A stretch of 57,158 nt of DNA, from NCBI GenBank assembly GCA_026770705.1, contig JANJGN010000724.1:248001-305158 (forward strand), given 5' to 3'. A model generated the notes under the pieces. It was not told the origin of the DNA. It saw only the letters and a program-made list of their open reading frames with translations, and made no database searches. Position numbers and translations under genes: made by a program. Positions 25,510-37,004 of the stretch are shown one piece after another. This DNA is from Isurus oxyrinchus. Lineage: Eukaryota. The stretch's first letter is position 1. Every line of letters begins with the position of its first letter.

Positions 25510-27010
25510 CCATTGAATAGGAACAGGAGGAGGCCATTCAGCCTCCTCGAACCTGCTACACAGGAACAAGAGGGCACCTGATACAAAAACAGAAAATGCT
25601 GGAGAAACTGAGTAGGTCTGGCAGCATCTGTGCAGAGATAAACAGAATTAGCATTTTGTGTCCTTATGACCCTTCTTCAGAGTCTATAAGCAAAAACTCT
25701 GTTTCTCTCTCCACAGCTGCTACCAGACCTGCTGAGTTAATGCAGCATTTTCTGTTTTTATTTCAGATTTACAGCATCTGCAGTATTTATTTTTAATGAC
25801 AGGAGGACATTCAGCCTCTTGATCCTGTTACACAGGAACATCAGGAGGCCATTCAGCCCCCTCGAGCCTGTTACACAGGAACAGGAGGAGGCACATTCAA
25901 CCCCTCGAGCCTGTTACACAGGAACAGGAGGAGGCCCATTCAGCCCCCTCGAGCCTGTTACACAGGAACAGGAAGAGGCCCATTCAGCCTCTTGATCCTG
26001 TTACACAGGAACAGGAGGAGGCCCATTCAGCCCCCTCGAGCTTGTTACACAGGAACAGGAGGAGGCCCATTCATTCCCTCAAGCCTGTTACACAGGAACA
26101 GGAGGAGGACCATTCAGCCACTCAAGCCTGTTACATGAGGACAGGAGAAAGCCCATCAGCCTCTTGAGCCTATTATACAGGAACAGGAAAAGGACATTTA
26201 GTCCCTCAACACCCTTCCACAGGAACAGGAGAGAGTCTCAGCTCCTCGAGCCTGTTACCCAGGAACAGGAAGAGGACATTCAGTCTCTCAACCCACTTAC
26301 ACAGGAATAGGAAACCCATTCAGTCCCTCGTGCCTGTTACACAGAAAAAGGAGGAGGCCCATTCTGTTCCCTCGAGCCTGTTACACAGGAACAGGAGGAG
26401 GCCCATTCTGTCCCCTTGAGCCTGTTACACAGGTACAGGAGACCCATTCAGCCTCCACAAGCTTGTTACACAGGAACATTAGGGGCTCCATTTAGCCCCA
26501 TCAAGCCTGTTACACAGGAACAGGAGGAGGCCCATTCAGCCACTCAAGCCTGTTAGATAGGAACAGGTGGAGGCCCATTCAGCCCCATGATGCTGTTACA
26601 CAGAAACAGGAGGAGGCCCATTCTGTCCCCTTGAACCTGTTACACAGGAACAGGAGGCGGCCCATTCAGACCATCTAACCTGTAACACAGGAAAACAAGG
26701 AGATCCATTCAGCCTCTTGAGCCTGTTACACAGGAACAGGAGGAGGCCTATTCGGACACTCGAGCCTGTTACACAAGGACAGGGGGAGGGCATTCAGCAC
26801 CTGGAGCCTGTTACACAGGAATAGGAGGAGGCACATTCAGCCTTGCCAAAGACTGTTACACAGGAACAGGGGGAGGCTTAATCAGCCACACAATCATGTC
26901 ACACTGGAACAGGAGGAGGCCCATTTAGACCCCTCGAGCCTGTTACACAGGAACAGGAGGAGGCCCATTCAAACCCTCGAGCTTGTTGCATATGAACAGT
27001 CGATGGCCCT
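25510..27010. repeat. ~43-bp minisatellite (CCTGTTACACAGGAACAGGAGGAGGCCCATTCAGCCCCTCGAG)n derived from a CR1 3' tail
   Basis: About 30 units; reverse complement matches the CR1 tail CTCGAGGGGCCGAATGGCCT.CTCCTGT seen at ~12220. Confidence 0.88.
25583..25795. mobile_element. Palindromic Penelope-like/V-SINE terminal fragment
   Basis: Inverted arms AAAACAGAAAATGCTG..GGTCTGGCAGCATCTGTG / CACAGCTGCTACCAGACC..CAGCATTTTCTGTTTT; one arm also at 5762-5857. Confidence 0.6.
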
Positions 27011-27089
27011 TCAACCACATTATTGGCACGCAAAGGGTTAACAGTTTTCTAACAGTGCGAGGCAAAGAGTTGCTTTCTCACTTGGTACC

Positions 27090-27233
27090 AAGCACTTCCT
27101 CATTTTGACTCACAGTGACACATGCACCCTTTTTAATTAAACACAAATAGGGAGCAGCACAGGAAGAGGTCATTCAGCCCAAGCAGAGCGTATGGGCAGT
27201 TCCTCCCCAGGCGAGCAGTCGGACAGGTCCTGG
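27090..27233 (+). promoter_or_regulatory. Promoter/non-coding exon 1, paralog 2
   Basis: ACTTCCTCATTTT Ets/PU.1-like site, donor GTAAGT at 27234; inverted homolog of 22580-22720. Confidence 0.5.
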
Positions 27234-27567
27234 GTAAGTAACGGAACGATTGGAATTCACTTCCACCACCAACACCGTCCTTTGTTGATGTTGTGACTTT
27301 ATAAAGACAGATTCCAATGATTGATGCCTTTGAAAGATTTCTACTGATTATTGAGATCTGGGTGTGAGGCTCAAGTCTGTTGTACAGAACATCTTTCTAG
27401 CTCAAGGGATGAGGGAAGTGCAGAGACATGAGATTTGGGGGCGTCCTGAGGTGGTGAAAGGTGCTATAGAAATGCAAGTCTTTCATTGTTTTTCTTTTTC
27501 AAGCCTTGTAACTCTCTGCAGAGCACCTATCATCCCACAGAGAATCAAATTAGTCTGTGAAGACATT

Positions 27568-28205
27568 GGGCTGAATTTCCAGCCTGTCGAGCGGGTGGGC
27601 CTGACCCAATCTCCAGCGGGCGGGGAGCCAATCCCCACCGGAGAAGCGGGCCCCGCCACCATTTTAAGTGGGCGTGCCAATTAAGGCCCACCCAGCGTGA
27701 TGTCCAGCGGGAAGCGCTATGCCCTTCCTGTGTGGGCCGGGGGTGGGGGGTGGGTGGTGGGGACATTCCCCAAATGCGAGAGTGCGCTCTGTCACACATG
27801 CGCATGATAAAGCCCACATCACCCTGAGGCTAAGTGCTGCCTCAGGGAGATCGCTGAAAGGTTTTCAAACAATCAAAATAGAAAAATAAAAAAATCCTCA
27901 ACATGTCCCCCTCACGTGACAGTGTCACTCAAGATGGGACATGTTAATAAACTGCACCAAAACTTTAATAAACTCTTTTAAAACCGACATGAATCCTCGT
28001 CCCGCCGGTGGATGAGGTTTCATGTTTTCTCTAGTTGTCGCTGGAGCTCCTGCCCTGCCCACCAGCCTTAAGGTTGGACCGGCAGGTCGGTTCATTGTTT
28101 AAATGTTCCTGTCAATGGCTTCAATTGGCCATTGACAGGTCGGCGGGCCCTCAGCTGAATTCACTGCACCCCTGCCCCCTGCTCACCGACAGCGAAACTC
28201 TGCCC
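27568..28205. mobile_element. MITE (PIF/Harbinger-like) in intron 1 of paralog 2
   Basis: Terminal inverted repeats GGGCTGAATTTC / GAAACTCTGCCC, 3-bp TSD ATT, empty site GAAGACATTGTCTAAAAG present in both paralogs. Confidence 0.8.
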
Positions 28206-28324
28206 ATTGTCTAAAAGCAGTTCTGATCTCTGGAGAGCTGTCGGACAAGAGGTGAGGTCTCATTAACTCCTTTCTCTTTCACAGCTTGAGAGTGAGAAGC
28301 TGATGAAATATCTGGGAATGGACA

Positions 28325-28356
28325 ATGATCTTACTTCCTCCTGTCAGTTCTCCAAG
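28325..28356 (+). pseudogene. Disabled leader exon, paralog 2
   Basis: 8-nt deletion relative to the other leaders and donor GT changed to CT. Confidence 0.8.
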
Positions 28357-28589
28357 CTAATATCATCGTCAGCTCGGACAGATTTATGGTTAATAGTCTT
28401 TGTAAAAGATCATTCTTATTGAGCTGTGATTGGGAACCGATTCAGCAGTGAGCCAGTGTACAAACTCACACCAAGTCCCATTCACCCATCACCCCTGTGA
28501 TCACTGATATTCACTGACTCCCTGTCTGACAGCAACAGAAAATTAAAATCCAGGTCATCCTGTAGAAATCCCTCCAAAATTTTGCAACT

Positions 28590-28900
28590 CTCCCTATCCA
28601 TGTTACCTCCTCCAGCCCATACCAACCTCCCTATCTCTGTAACATCTTCCAGCACATATATTACTCCCTACCTCTGTAACCTTGCCCTGCTCCTACAATC
28701 CTCCCTATCTCAGTAACCTCCTCCAGCCCCTACCACTCTCCCTAACTCTTTAACCAACTCCAGCCCCTATATCCTTCGCTATCTCTGTTAATTTCTCCAG
28801 CCCCTACAAACCTCCCTTTCTCTGTAACCTCGTCCACCATTACAACCCTCCCTATTTCTGTAATCTCCTCCAGTACCTACAACCCTCCAAGATCTCTGCA
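28590..28900. repeat. 37-bp minisatellite
   Basis: Same unit as 535-1385. Confidence 0.8.
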
Positions 28901-29452
28901 CTCCTCCAATTCCAGCATCTTGACCATCCCCCGATTCCCATCATTCCATTATTGGCGGCCGTGCCTTCAGCTGCCTGGGCCCCGAGCTCTGGAATTCAAA
29001 ATCAAAATTCAGGGATGAATTAACTCCAATAGTCCATTCCCTGAGAGGCCATGATTACATCACAGCAGCATTCAGAATAGACAGAGGGTCCAGCCCTCAC
29101 ACTTCTTGCACAGTTTCACCATGACGAAATGAATTAACTGAAAGGTAAACCGTCAGTGTAGAGAGATGAGATATTTACACAGTTTCCCTGTGTATCTTGT
29201 AGACACTGTGTTGGGTGGAAGACTGGCTTCACTAAACAGGGTCCTGAGGACTATGAGCCAATGTAGAATGAACTTGTCCACTCCTGTGTCCAGGATTCTC
29301 TTCTATCCATTGTGATACATTGGGGAGATCCCTGTGTGTCCTGTAGATGGTCCACACTGCAGCCACTGTGCCCCAGTGATGGAGGGGGTGGATATCGAGT
29401 CTAGTGGATCTACAAACCATCCAGAGTTAAATATTGATATTTCTCTCCCCAG

Positions 29453-29818
29453 TTGGACTGTCACAAGAGTGGAAAGGTGACACTCCATGAGAGGTGACAG
29501 CGCAGGAATATTCGTGTGTACAGATTCCATGTCATTACAGTTATCCATCGTGTCTGGAAAACCAACCACAAATTGGAATCTGGTTTAATGACAAAGTCCT
29601 GATAAGATTCTTTATAGCCTTTCACTCCAAGGATCACAGTCACGAGTTACCACTGTTCCGGCATCGGACCCGGCTGTCTGGAGACCTGAAAGATGGTGAC
29701 TGTTCACTGATTATAAACAACATCAGATGGGAAGATGCAGGACCTTATTTTTTCAGAATAAAATTTGACAATGGTCCAAGCCATAACTATTACCCTGTAA
29801 CCCAGCTTCAAGTTTCTG
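29453..29818 (+). pseudogene. Siglec V-set exon with premature TGA
   Basis: 366 nt, intact AG/GT; CGA>TGA at 29488-29490; retains EDAGPYFFR. Confidence 0.9.
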
Positions 29819-29903
29819 GTATGTGCGGTGTTATAATTACTCAACATTCACATTCAACACTCAATGGGAATGAACACAAACTCTGACGTTTACATAATAA
29901 CAC

Positions 29904-30948
29904 TGTTATGACATGGCAGGTGATGTGTGCCAGGTGGAGAGAATCCACAAAGGGAACTTGGCCAAGCTACCACAAAGGTTTTGCCATTTACATTTGTTGA
30001 GAGAAGGCTTATGATGTGAATGCATAAGAATTGAGTCCACTAACACCTTTAGATATTTTAAAATTATATTAAGAAATGTATTAACAAAAGAAGAAACATT
30101 CAAACACATACAGAAGATTACAGTTACTTGATATTAGAACAAATTCCAAAATTTCTCATTAACCTAATTTCCAACTACACACCCCCTTGAAGGCAACAAT
30201 CCCAATAAATCTTAAATGGAAATGGGAATCCGGCAAGGTTACTGCAGCACCCACTTGACAGTGTAATTCCAAAGTCTTTTAACACACCTATAAGCACTGG
30301 AGCAGCAAAAGTGAACAGAAACGTTTTACCTAAAAGGATCCATTCCCTGTCTGTTAGATTTCACAGATCAACCCACGATATTCCCTGCTGAAATTATTGC
30401 AGGCAAGCGTGTGGATGTAAGCTGCACCTTCAACACAACGTGCAATGGAACAGCAGCACCTGTCTTCACCTACTGTACCTTTCAAGAAATTCATGTCCCC
30501 CTCCCACATAACATTCCATCCTTCTTTATGTTGGTTTCTCTCTCTCCAATGTATAAAATCCCATTGTTGCACCTGTCTTGGGAAATACACTTTTCCCATA
30601 GTATAAAAATCTTTCATGTTGTCAATATGGCCCATTCCTTTTGGGAAGAATACACATAATAACCTTGCCCTGGTTATCTTGTTAATTATAAACACCCAAC
30701 TACCCTTTGACAATCAAACATTCTCTTTACTGATCTAAAATTTCATTTACAGCTTTTCTGTGGAACCCTCATCCTAGCTTGTCCATCCCCATTTCAGAAG
30801 TCTGCTTTGCACCAAACTCTATTGATAGTTTTAACCTCACAGTTGATCTGACTCGAATTCAATTAAATCAGACCCGCAGACGGAACCATCTACATTCATT
30901 CCCATAAGCCGACAATATTATTCTGAAAAATATCATAGTTTCATCACA
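29904..30948 (-). mobile_element. Solo LTR inserted in the V-C2 intron
   Basis: TGTTATGA..TCATCACA termini; absent from the paralogous intron at ~10960; near-TSD ACAC/ACAT. Confidence 0.7.
30330..30471 (+). pseudogene. Partial duplicate of the C2 exon 5' end with acceptor, inside the LTR
   Basis: Near-identical to 31164-31305 (FTDQPTIFPAEIIAGKRVDVSCTFNTTCNGTAAPV). Confidence 0.85.
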
Positions 30949-31191
30949 ACATAAAACACAGTTTAGTATAACGCAGAGTCTGATTCTCAATAACCGGGTG
31001 ATAGCTTCCATTCAGTCCAAAAGCAACCTCTAATACTCACTTTAATATCAATGATTAAATGTATTGACTGTGTCCATCAATGTTATCAGGTCATCCACTC
31101 CCATCTATCTCTAATCTTAGGGCTGTGATTTCTATTTGAACTGATGCTTCATGTTATATTTCTCTAAAAGGATCCATTCTCTGTCTGTTAG

Positions 31192-31488
31192 ATTTCACAG
31201 ATAAACCCACGATATTCCCTGCTGAAATTATTGCAGGAAAGCGTGTGGATGTAAGCTGCACCTTCAACACAACGTGCAATGGAACAGCAGCACCTGTCTT
31301 AACCTGGGACACTCCCACTGACGTCCCTGGATCAGTCTCAAACACTGTAACTCAGCATGGTGTCACTCTGACCTATACTTCTGTTCTGACCCTGATCCCA
31401 TCACTCAAACACCACGGACACACTCTCAGCTGCAGAGTGAGATATCCATCTGTTTCATCGGAGCAGACCTTCATACTAACTGTGCAAG
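31192..31488 (+). CDS. Siglec domain-2 C2-set exon (open, but upstream leader and V are disabled)
   Basis: 297 nt, phase 1-1, close paralog of 10026-10322. Confidence 0.8.
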
Positions 31489-31699
31489 GTAAGAACGGAC
31501 ACCCTTCATTATACATTCGCTGGAACAGTCTAGATGACGCACAGCCGGATCCCATAGAAAGGTATTCTGATGACAATCAGATAATCTGTCTTTGAGGGAA
31601 AATGGTGACCAGAATACAATTAATAACCGTTTCTGAACATTAACACAGCGGCTTTTATGTCCAGCCAAGGGGCTGATAGAGCAGAGCAGGAATCTCAAT

Positions 31700-32200
31700 G
31701 TACTCACCCCCTGACAGTGCAGCACTCCCTCAGTACTGACCCTCTGACAGTGCAGCACTCACTCAATACTGAACCTCTGACAGTACAACACTCCCTCAGT
31801 ACTGACCCTCCGACAGTGCAGCGCACTTTCAGTACTGAACCTCCAACAGTACAACACTCCCTCAGTACTGACCCTCCGACAGTGCGGCACTCCCTGAGGA
31901 CTGTCCCACCGACAGTGCAGCACTCCATCAGTACTGACCCTCCAACAGCGCAACAATTCCTCAGTACTGTCCCTCTGACAGTGCAACACTCCCTCAAAAC
32001 TGTCTCTCCGACAGATTAGCACTCCCTCGATACTGTCCCTCTGACAGTGCAGCACTCCCTCAGTACTGTCCCTCTGACAGTGTAGCACTCCCTCAGTACT
32101 GACCCTCCGACAGTGCTGCACTCCCTCAGTACTGTTCCTCTGACAGTGTAGCACTCCCTCAGTACTGACCCACTGACAGTGCAGCACTCCCTCAGTACTG
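31700..32200 (-). repeat. 33-bp satellite array
   Basis: ~15 units, C-rich on + strand. Confidence 0.9.
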
Positions 32201-32439
32201 ACACTGGGGAATTTCAGTCTACTCTGTGGGGCAGGCATCTGCTGAATGGGGTCTTGAACCCCACAAAATTCTAAAACATACTGACTCCCTGAGTTCGGGT
32301 GTGAAACCCACTGACCCACAGGAGAAACTCCTGGTCAATGACTGTGCACCTGTGAGCAGAAATATCAACACAGGGTCAGGACACAAAGGATTAACAGTTC
32401 ACCAACATCTCAAAACATGAGCTGCTCTGTCACTTTGAA

Positions 32440-32582
32440 CCAACTTCCTCATTTTGTCTCAAAGTGACACATCCACCCTTTCTCATTAAACACACAGAGG
32501 GAGCAGCACAGGAAGAGGTCATTCAGCCCAAGCAGAGCGTGTGGGCAGTTCCTCCCCAGGCGAGCAGTCGGACAGGTCCTGG
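32440..32582 (+). promoter_or_regulatory. Promoter/non-coding exon 1, paralog 3
   Basis: ACTTCCTCATTTT site and donor GTAAGT at 32583. Confidence 0.5.
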
Positions 32583-33035
32583 GTAAGTAACGGAACGATT
32601 GGAATTCACTTCCACCACCAACACCGTCCTTTGTTGATGTTGTGACTTTATGAAGACAGATTCCAATGATTGATGCCTTTGAAAGATTTCCACTGATTAT
32701 TGAGATCTGGGTGTGAGACTCAAGTCTGTTGTACAGAACATCTTTCTAGCTCAAGGGATGAGGGAACTGTAGATACTTTGGGGTGTCCTGATGTGGTGAA
32801 AAGTGCTATAGAAATGCAAGTCCTTTGTTGTTTTTCATTCTTAAAGCCTTGTAACTCTCTGCAGAACACCTATCATCCCACAGGGATGATTATTCTGTGA
32901 ATTATTCTGTGAAGACATTGTCTAAAAGCAGTTCTGATCTCTCGAGAGCTGTTGGACAAGAGGTGAGGTCTCATTAACTCCTTTCCCTTTCAGAGTTTCA
33001 GAGTGAGAAGCTGATGAAATATCTGGGAGTGGATA

Positions 33036-33075
33036 ATGATTGGAAAATCTTACTTCCTCCTGTCACTTCTCCAAG
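33036..33075 (+). CDS. Intact leader exon MIGKSYFLLSLLQ, paralog 3
   Basis: ATG..CAAG|GTAATA, phase 1. Confidence 0.75.
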
Positions 33076-33936
33076 GTAATATCATCGTCAGCTCGGACAG
33101 ATTTATGGTTAATAGCCTTTGTAAAAGATCATTCTTATTGAGCTGTTATTGGGAACCGATTCAGCAGTGAGCCAGTGTACAAGCTCACACCAAGTCCCAT
33201 TCACCCATCACCCCTAAACTATCTGTCTCCTGGTCCTACAACATCTCAAACTTAAAAGTCACATCTCTTTGTTCAAATGCATCCATTGCCTCACACTGCC
33301 TCCTTATCTCTGTAAGCTCCTGCAACTCTCCCAACCAAAGTCCCAGATCTCTGTGTTACTCCAATTCCGGCCTCTTGACCATCCCCCGATTCCCATCACT
33401 CCAATACTGGCGGCCGGGCCTTCAGCTGCCTGGGGCCTGAGCTCTGGAATTCACTCCCTAAACCTCGGGGATGGGGGAGCTCAGAGGGTTTCATTTTACT
33501 GAGAATCACCACGACCACATCACAGCTGCAGTCAGAATAGACAGAGAGTCCAGCCCTCGCACTTCCTGCACAGTTTCACCATAGCAACCACAATAAGGAA
33601 GTAAAATAACTGAAAGTTAAACCGAAGACAAACCAGTCGGTGTAGAGAGATGAGATATTTACACAGTTTCCCTGTGTATCTTGTAGACACTGTGTTGGGT
33701 GGAAGACTGGCTTCACTAAACAGGGTCCTGAGGACCATGAGCCAATGTAGAATGAACTTGTCCACTCCTGTGACCAGGATTCTCTTCCATCCATTGTGAA
33801 ACCTTGGGGAGATCCTTGTGTGTCCTGTAGATGGTCCACACTGCAGCCACTGTGCCCCAGTGATGGAGGGGGTGGATATCGAGTCTATTGGATCTACAAA
33901 CCATCCAGAGTTAAATATTGATATTTCTCTCCCTAG

Positions 33937-33947
33937 TTGGAATGTCA
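33937..33947 (+). pseudogene. 11-nt stub of a deleted V exon
   Basis: V-exon acceptor context and TTGGAATGTCA retained; sequence then jumps to the homolog of ~9390 (post-C2 intron). Confidence 0.75.
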
Positions 33948-35455
33948 GTACTCCCTCAGTACTGCACTGGAGAGTTGGCCTGAATTCTGGGATTTGTGTT
34001 CCCATTCATATTTATGGAAGAATATGGAAATTACTATTACAGACACTCAGATGCATAGAGGCACTCACAGATACTCTCTGCGTCTCCAACTCTCTCTCTC
34101 CTTTTAAGAAGCTTCCTGAAACCTAACCCTTTGACGAATCACCAACCCAACTCTTCCTTATCTGATTCTGTGTGATTTTCTTTGTGTATCTGAGAGTAAG
34201 AGAGAATTGGAGAGGTTTAGGAAGAGAATTCCTGCTGGTGAAAAGCTTAAATAATGTTCTCACTATTTCCGTGCACATAATTCCCATTATGTCCAATGCC
34301 CCTGTTTATAATGATGACTGCCTATGTAAACGTCACGCTGCAGTTACAGCCTCCCATCAGTGGTGGCATTGTAGCCCTTAATCCTTGTGTTTCCCAGCTT
34401 TCAAGCAACTCTACTTCCCAGTTTGCTCCACAAGCTGTGAGTTCATCGGAATTCAATTATTTCTCAAACGGTGGATTTGATGTCATTTTATTGAAAACTT
34501 CCTCAGCGCCTCCCTGAAGGGTTTACACTCTCTGGGAAGCAGGAATAGGCTGGATGTTGGGGAGTTCATCTTTTCCCAGAGAGTAGTGATCCTCGGGAAT
34601 GTGCTGTCAGTGGGTGTGGTGGTTGCTGTTTCTCTGTCAACTTCAAGAGGGATCTGGAGTGGTTACTGACTGGGGGAGAGATCATGGAAGCGGAGAATGG
34701 TACAGCACAGGAGGAGGCCATTCAGCCCATGGTGCCTGTGCCAGGTTTTTCAATGTTCTATCCCATCAGATCCACTAACCACCACTCCACTTTGCCCCCA
34801 TCTTCCTCCTTCAAGTGTTTATACAATTCCACTTTTGAAAGTTCCTATTGAATCTGCTTCCACCGCCCTTTCAGGCAGCACCTTCCAGATCACAACAACT
34901 CGCTCTGTCAAAACAAATTCTCCTCATCTCCCCCTCCGGTTCGTCAATCTGTGTCCCTCTGGTTACCGACCCTCCTGCCCCTTAAATACATCGATCCTGT
35001 TCACCTCAACCAATCCCTATGGGAGTGAGTTCCACATTCTCCCCTCTCTCTGGGTAAAGATTGGAACTGTTTATTAAGCGGGGGGTGTAAGTCCGTGGGG
35101 GAGTCCATCTCGATCCTGCCTGATACGCACACATGTCCGAGATGGATTTCCACCCGGCACTAAACGTTTCCAGAATTTTCTACGGCACAATCCTGTACAC
35201 AGCAATAGAGAGAAACATTGGACAGGGAGTCCAACAGCACAATGATCCATTCTCACCAATGTTCCACGCTAAGGGGAAAGTTCCGATTGTCCACTCTTAG
35301 AGTGTTTACAATGAAAACATCTATTCCACATTGAATCCCAGTGGATGGGTCAATATTACAGCAAATGTTGCAGTGATATGAAGCTTGATTGTTCAGCCAG
35401 AGTGAGAGATTGAAAGCGGAGAGTCAGTGATGATTTCTTTCTGTGTGTTCTCTAG

Positions 35456-35595
35456 ACAGTGGAGGAGAGATTCTGCACGTGATCCTGATCCTGGGAATAC
35501 GAGCTGTGATATTCCTTGTGGCTGTGGTTATCACTATCGCTGGAGTCTGTGTCTGGGAGAGACAAACAGTGAAAGGAAGTCGACAGACTGTTTGA
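35456..35595 (+). CDS. Second copy of the Arg-containing TM/short-tail terminal exon
   Basis: Appears nucleotide-identical to the reverse complement of 7738-7877; Arg codon at 35500-35502. Confidence 0.72.
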
Positions 35596-35709
35596 AGCTT
35601 TGTACAGCAACAATCTGGTCAGTCAGTGCAGACAAATAACGTGTGATGTTGTGTTAAGTTGTACTGAAACTGGTCAGTGTCCTGGTTAGAATCACCTTCG
35701 TATCAGAGA

Positions 35710-36312
35710 GGCATTCCAGCACAGTGGGAGACCATTCAGCCCATTGAGTCCATGCTGTCTCTCTGTCGAGCAATCCAGTCAGTCCCATTCCCCCTCTCTA
35801 TCCCCGTATCTCTGCAAGTTTATTTCCAAGTATCCATCCAATTTCCTTTTGAAATCGTTCGTCTCCACTTCCACCATCCTCGTAGGCAGCGAGTTCCAGC
35901 TCATTACCACTCGCTGTGTAAAAAAGTTCCTCCTCACATCCCCCTCTGCCCAAAACCTTCAATCTGTGTCCCCCAGTCCTTGTCCCATCAGCTAATGGCA
36001 ACAGCTTCTCTTTGTCTACCGTATCTAAACCCATCATCATCTTGTACACCTCGATCAGATCCCCCCTCAATCTCCTTTGCTCCAAGGAGAACAACCCCAG
36101 CTTCTCCAACCCAACCTTGTAGCTAAAATCCCTCATCCCTGGACCCATTCTGCTCAAACTCCTCCCCATCCTCTCAAGGACCCTCACTTCCTTCCCAAAG
36201 TGAGGAGACCAGAACTGGGCACAATACTCTAGTTGTGACCTAACCAGAGCTTTATAAATGTTCAGCATAACCTCCCTGTGTTTGTACTCAATCCCTCAAT
36301 TTATGAAAAGCT
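35710..36312 (-). mobile_element. CR1 LINE 3' fragment (duplicate of 7012-7620)
   Basis: Same translation and flanks, inverted. Confidence 0.9.
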
Positions 36313-37004
36313 TATTCTTTCCATCAGCACAAACAGCAATTTCCAAGCGGACTCCCATCAGCAGACAGAGTGCAATGAAACATCGGCATGCCTGCTTCTT
36401 AATGTACGGAGAGAAACCTGGAACGAGAGATTCTCCTTCTTCTCCTCAGCAAGCTGAAACTTTTCCTTATACCTGGTGCTCCCCAGTCCTGCTGTGTGGA
36501 CACATCATAACCACGGCATTGTCTGGCTGTGTGCAGCCAACATGGTCGAATAGGAATGAACAGAAATGTGACGTTGCTAAACTCTGTTCTCTGATTGGAA
36601 TGTGCTTTCTGAATGCTGCACCTTTTTCATGCTGCGATAGATTGTAAGAAGCATTTGTGTTATGAATAAAATTACATTGATTAACACAAGTGATTAAAAT
36701 GCTCAGCTTGTTCTGTAGATATTTACACATAAAATTTCTCATTTTACTGCAAAATCTTGGCTCAAAGACATTACTTCATGTTGTGACGATTTTCCAATCA
36801 TGTGAATTATTGTGCCCATCTTTATAATGGAAACTTCCCATGTAAACATGTCACATTGTAGTTAGGCACTCCTGCCATTGGGTGGTGTGATATCAAAGCT
36901 GCCTTGCTGCTCAGAAACAGCGAGAAATATTCCTGTTCTAAATTTGAAGTTAGTGAGACAAAGGCATTCGATGCAATTTTGTGAAACTTGTACAATGTTC
37001 TTTA

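Noticed and set aside
25510-27010. CRISPR-like regular repeat
   Set aside because: No unique spacers, no cas genes, vertebrate context; unit derives from a CR1 tail
28252-28284. GTGAGG..TTTCACAG mini-intron before the leader exon
   Set aside because: About 33 nt is too short for a vertebrate intron; the acceptor more plausibly pairs with the upstream GTAAGT donor
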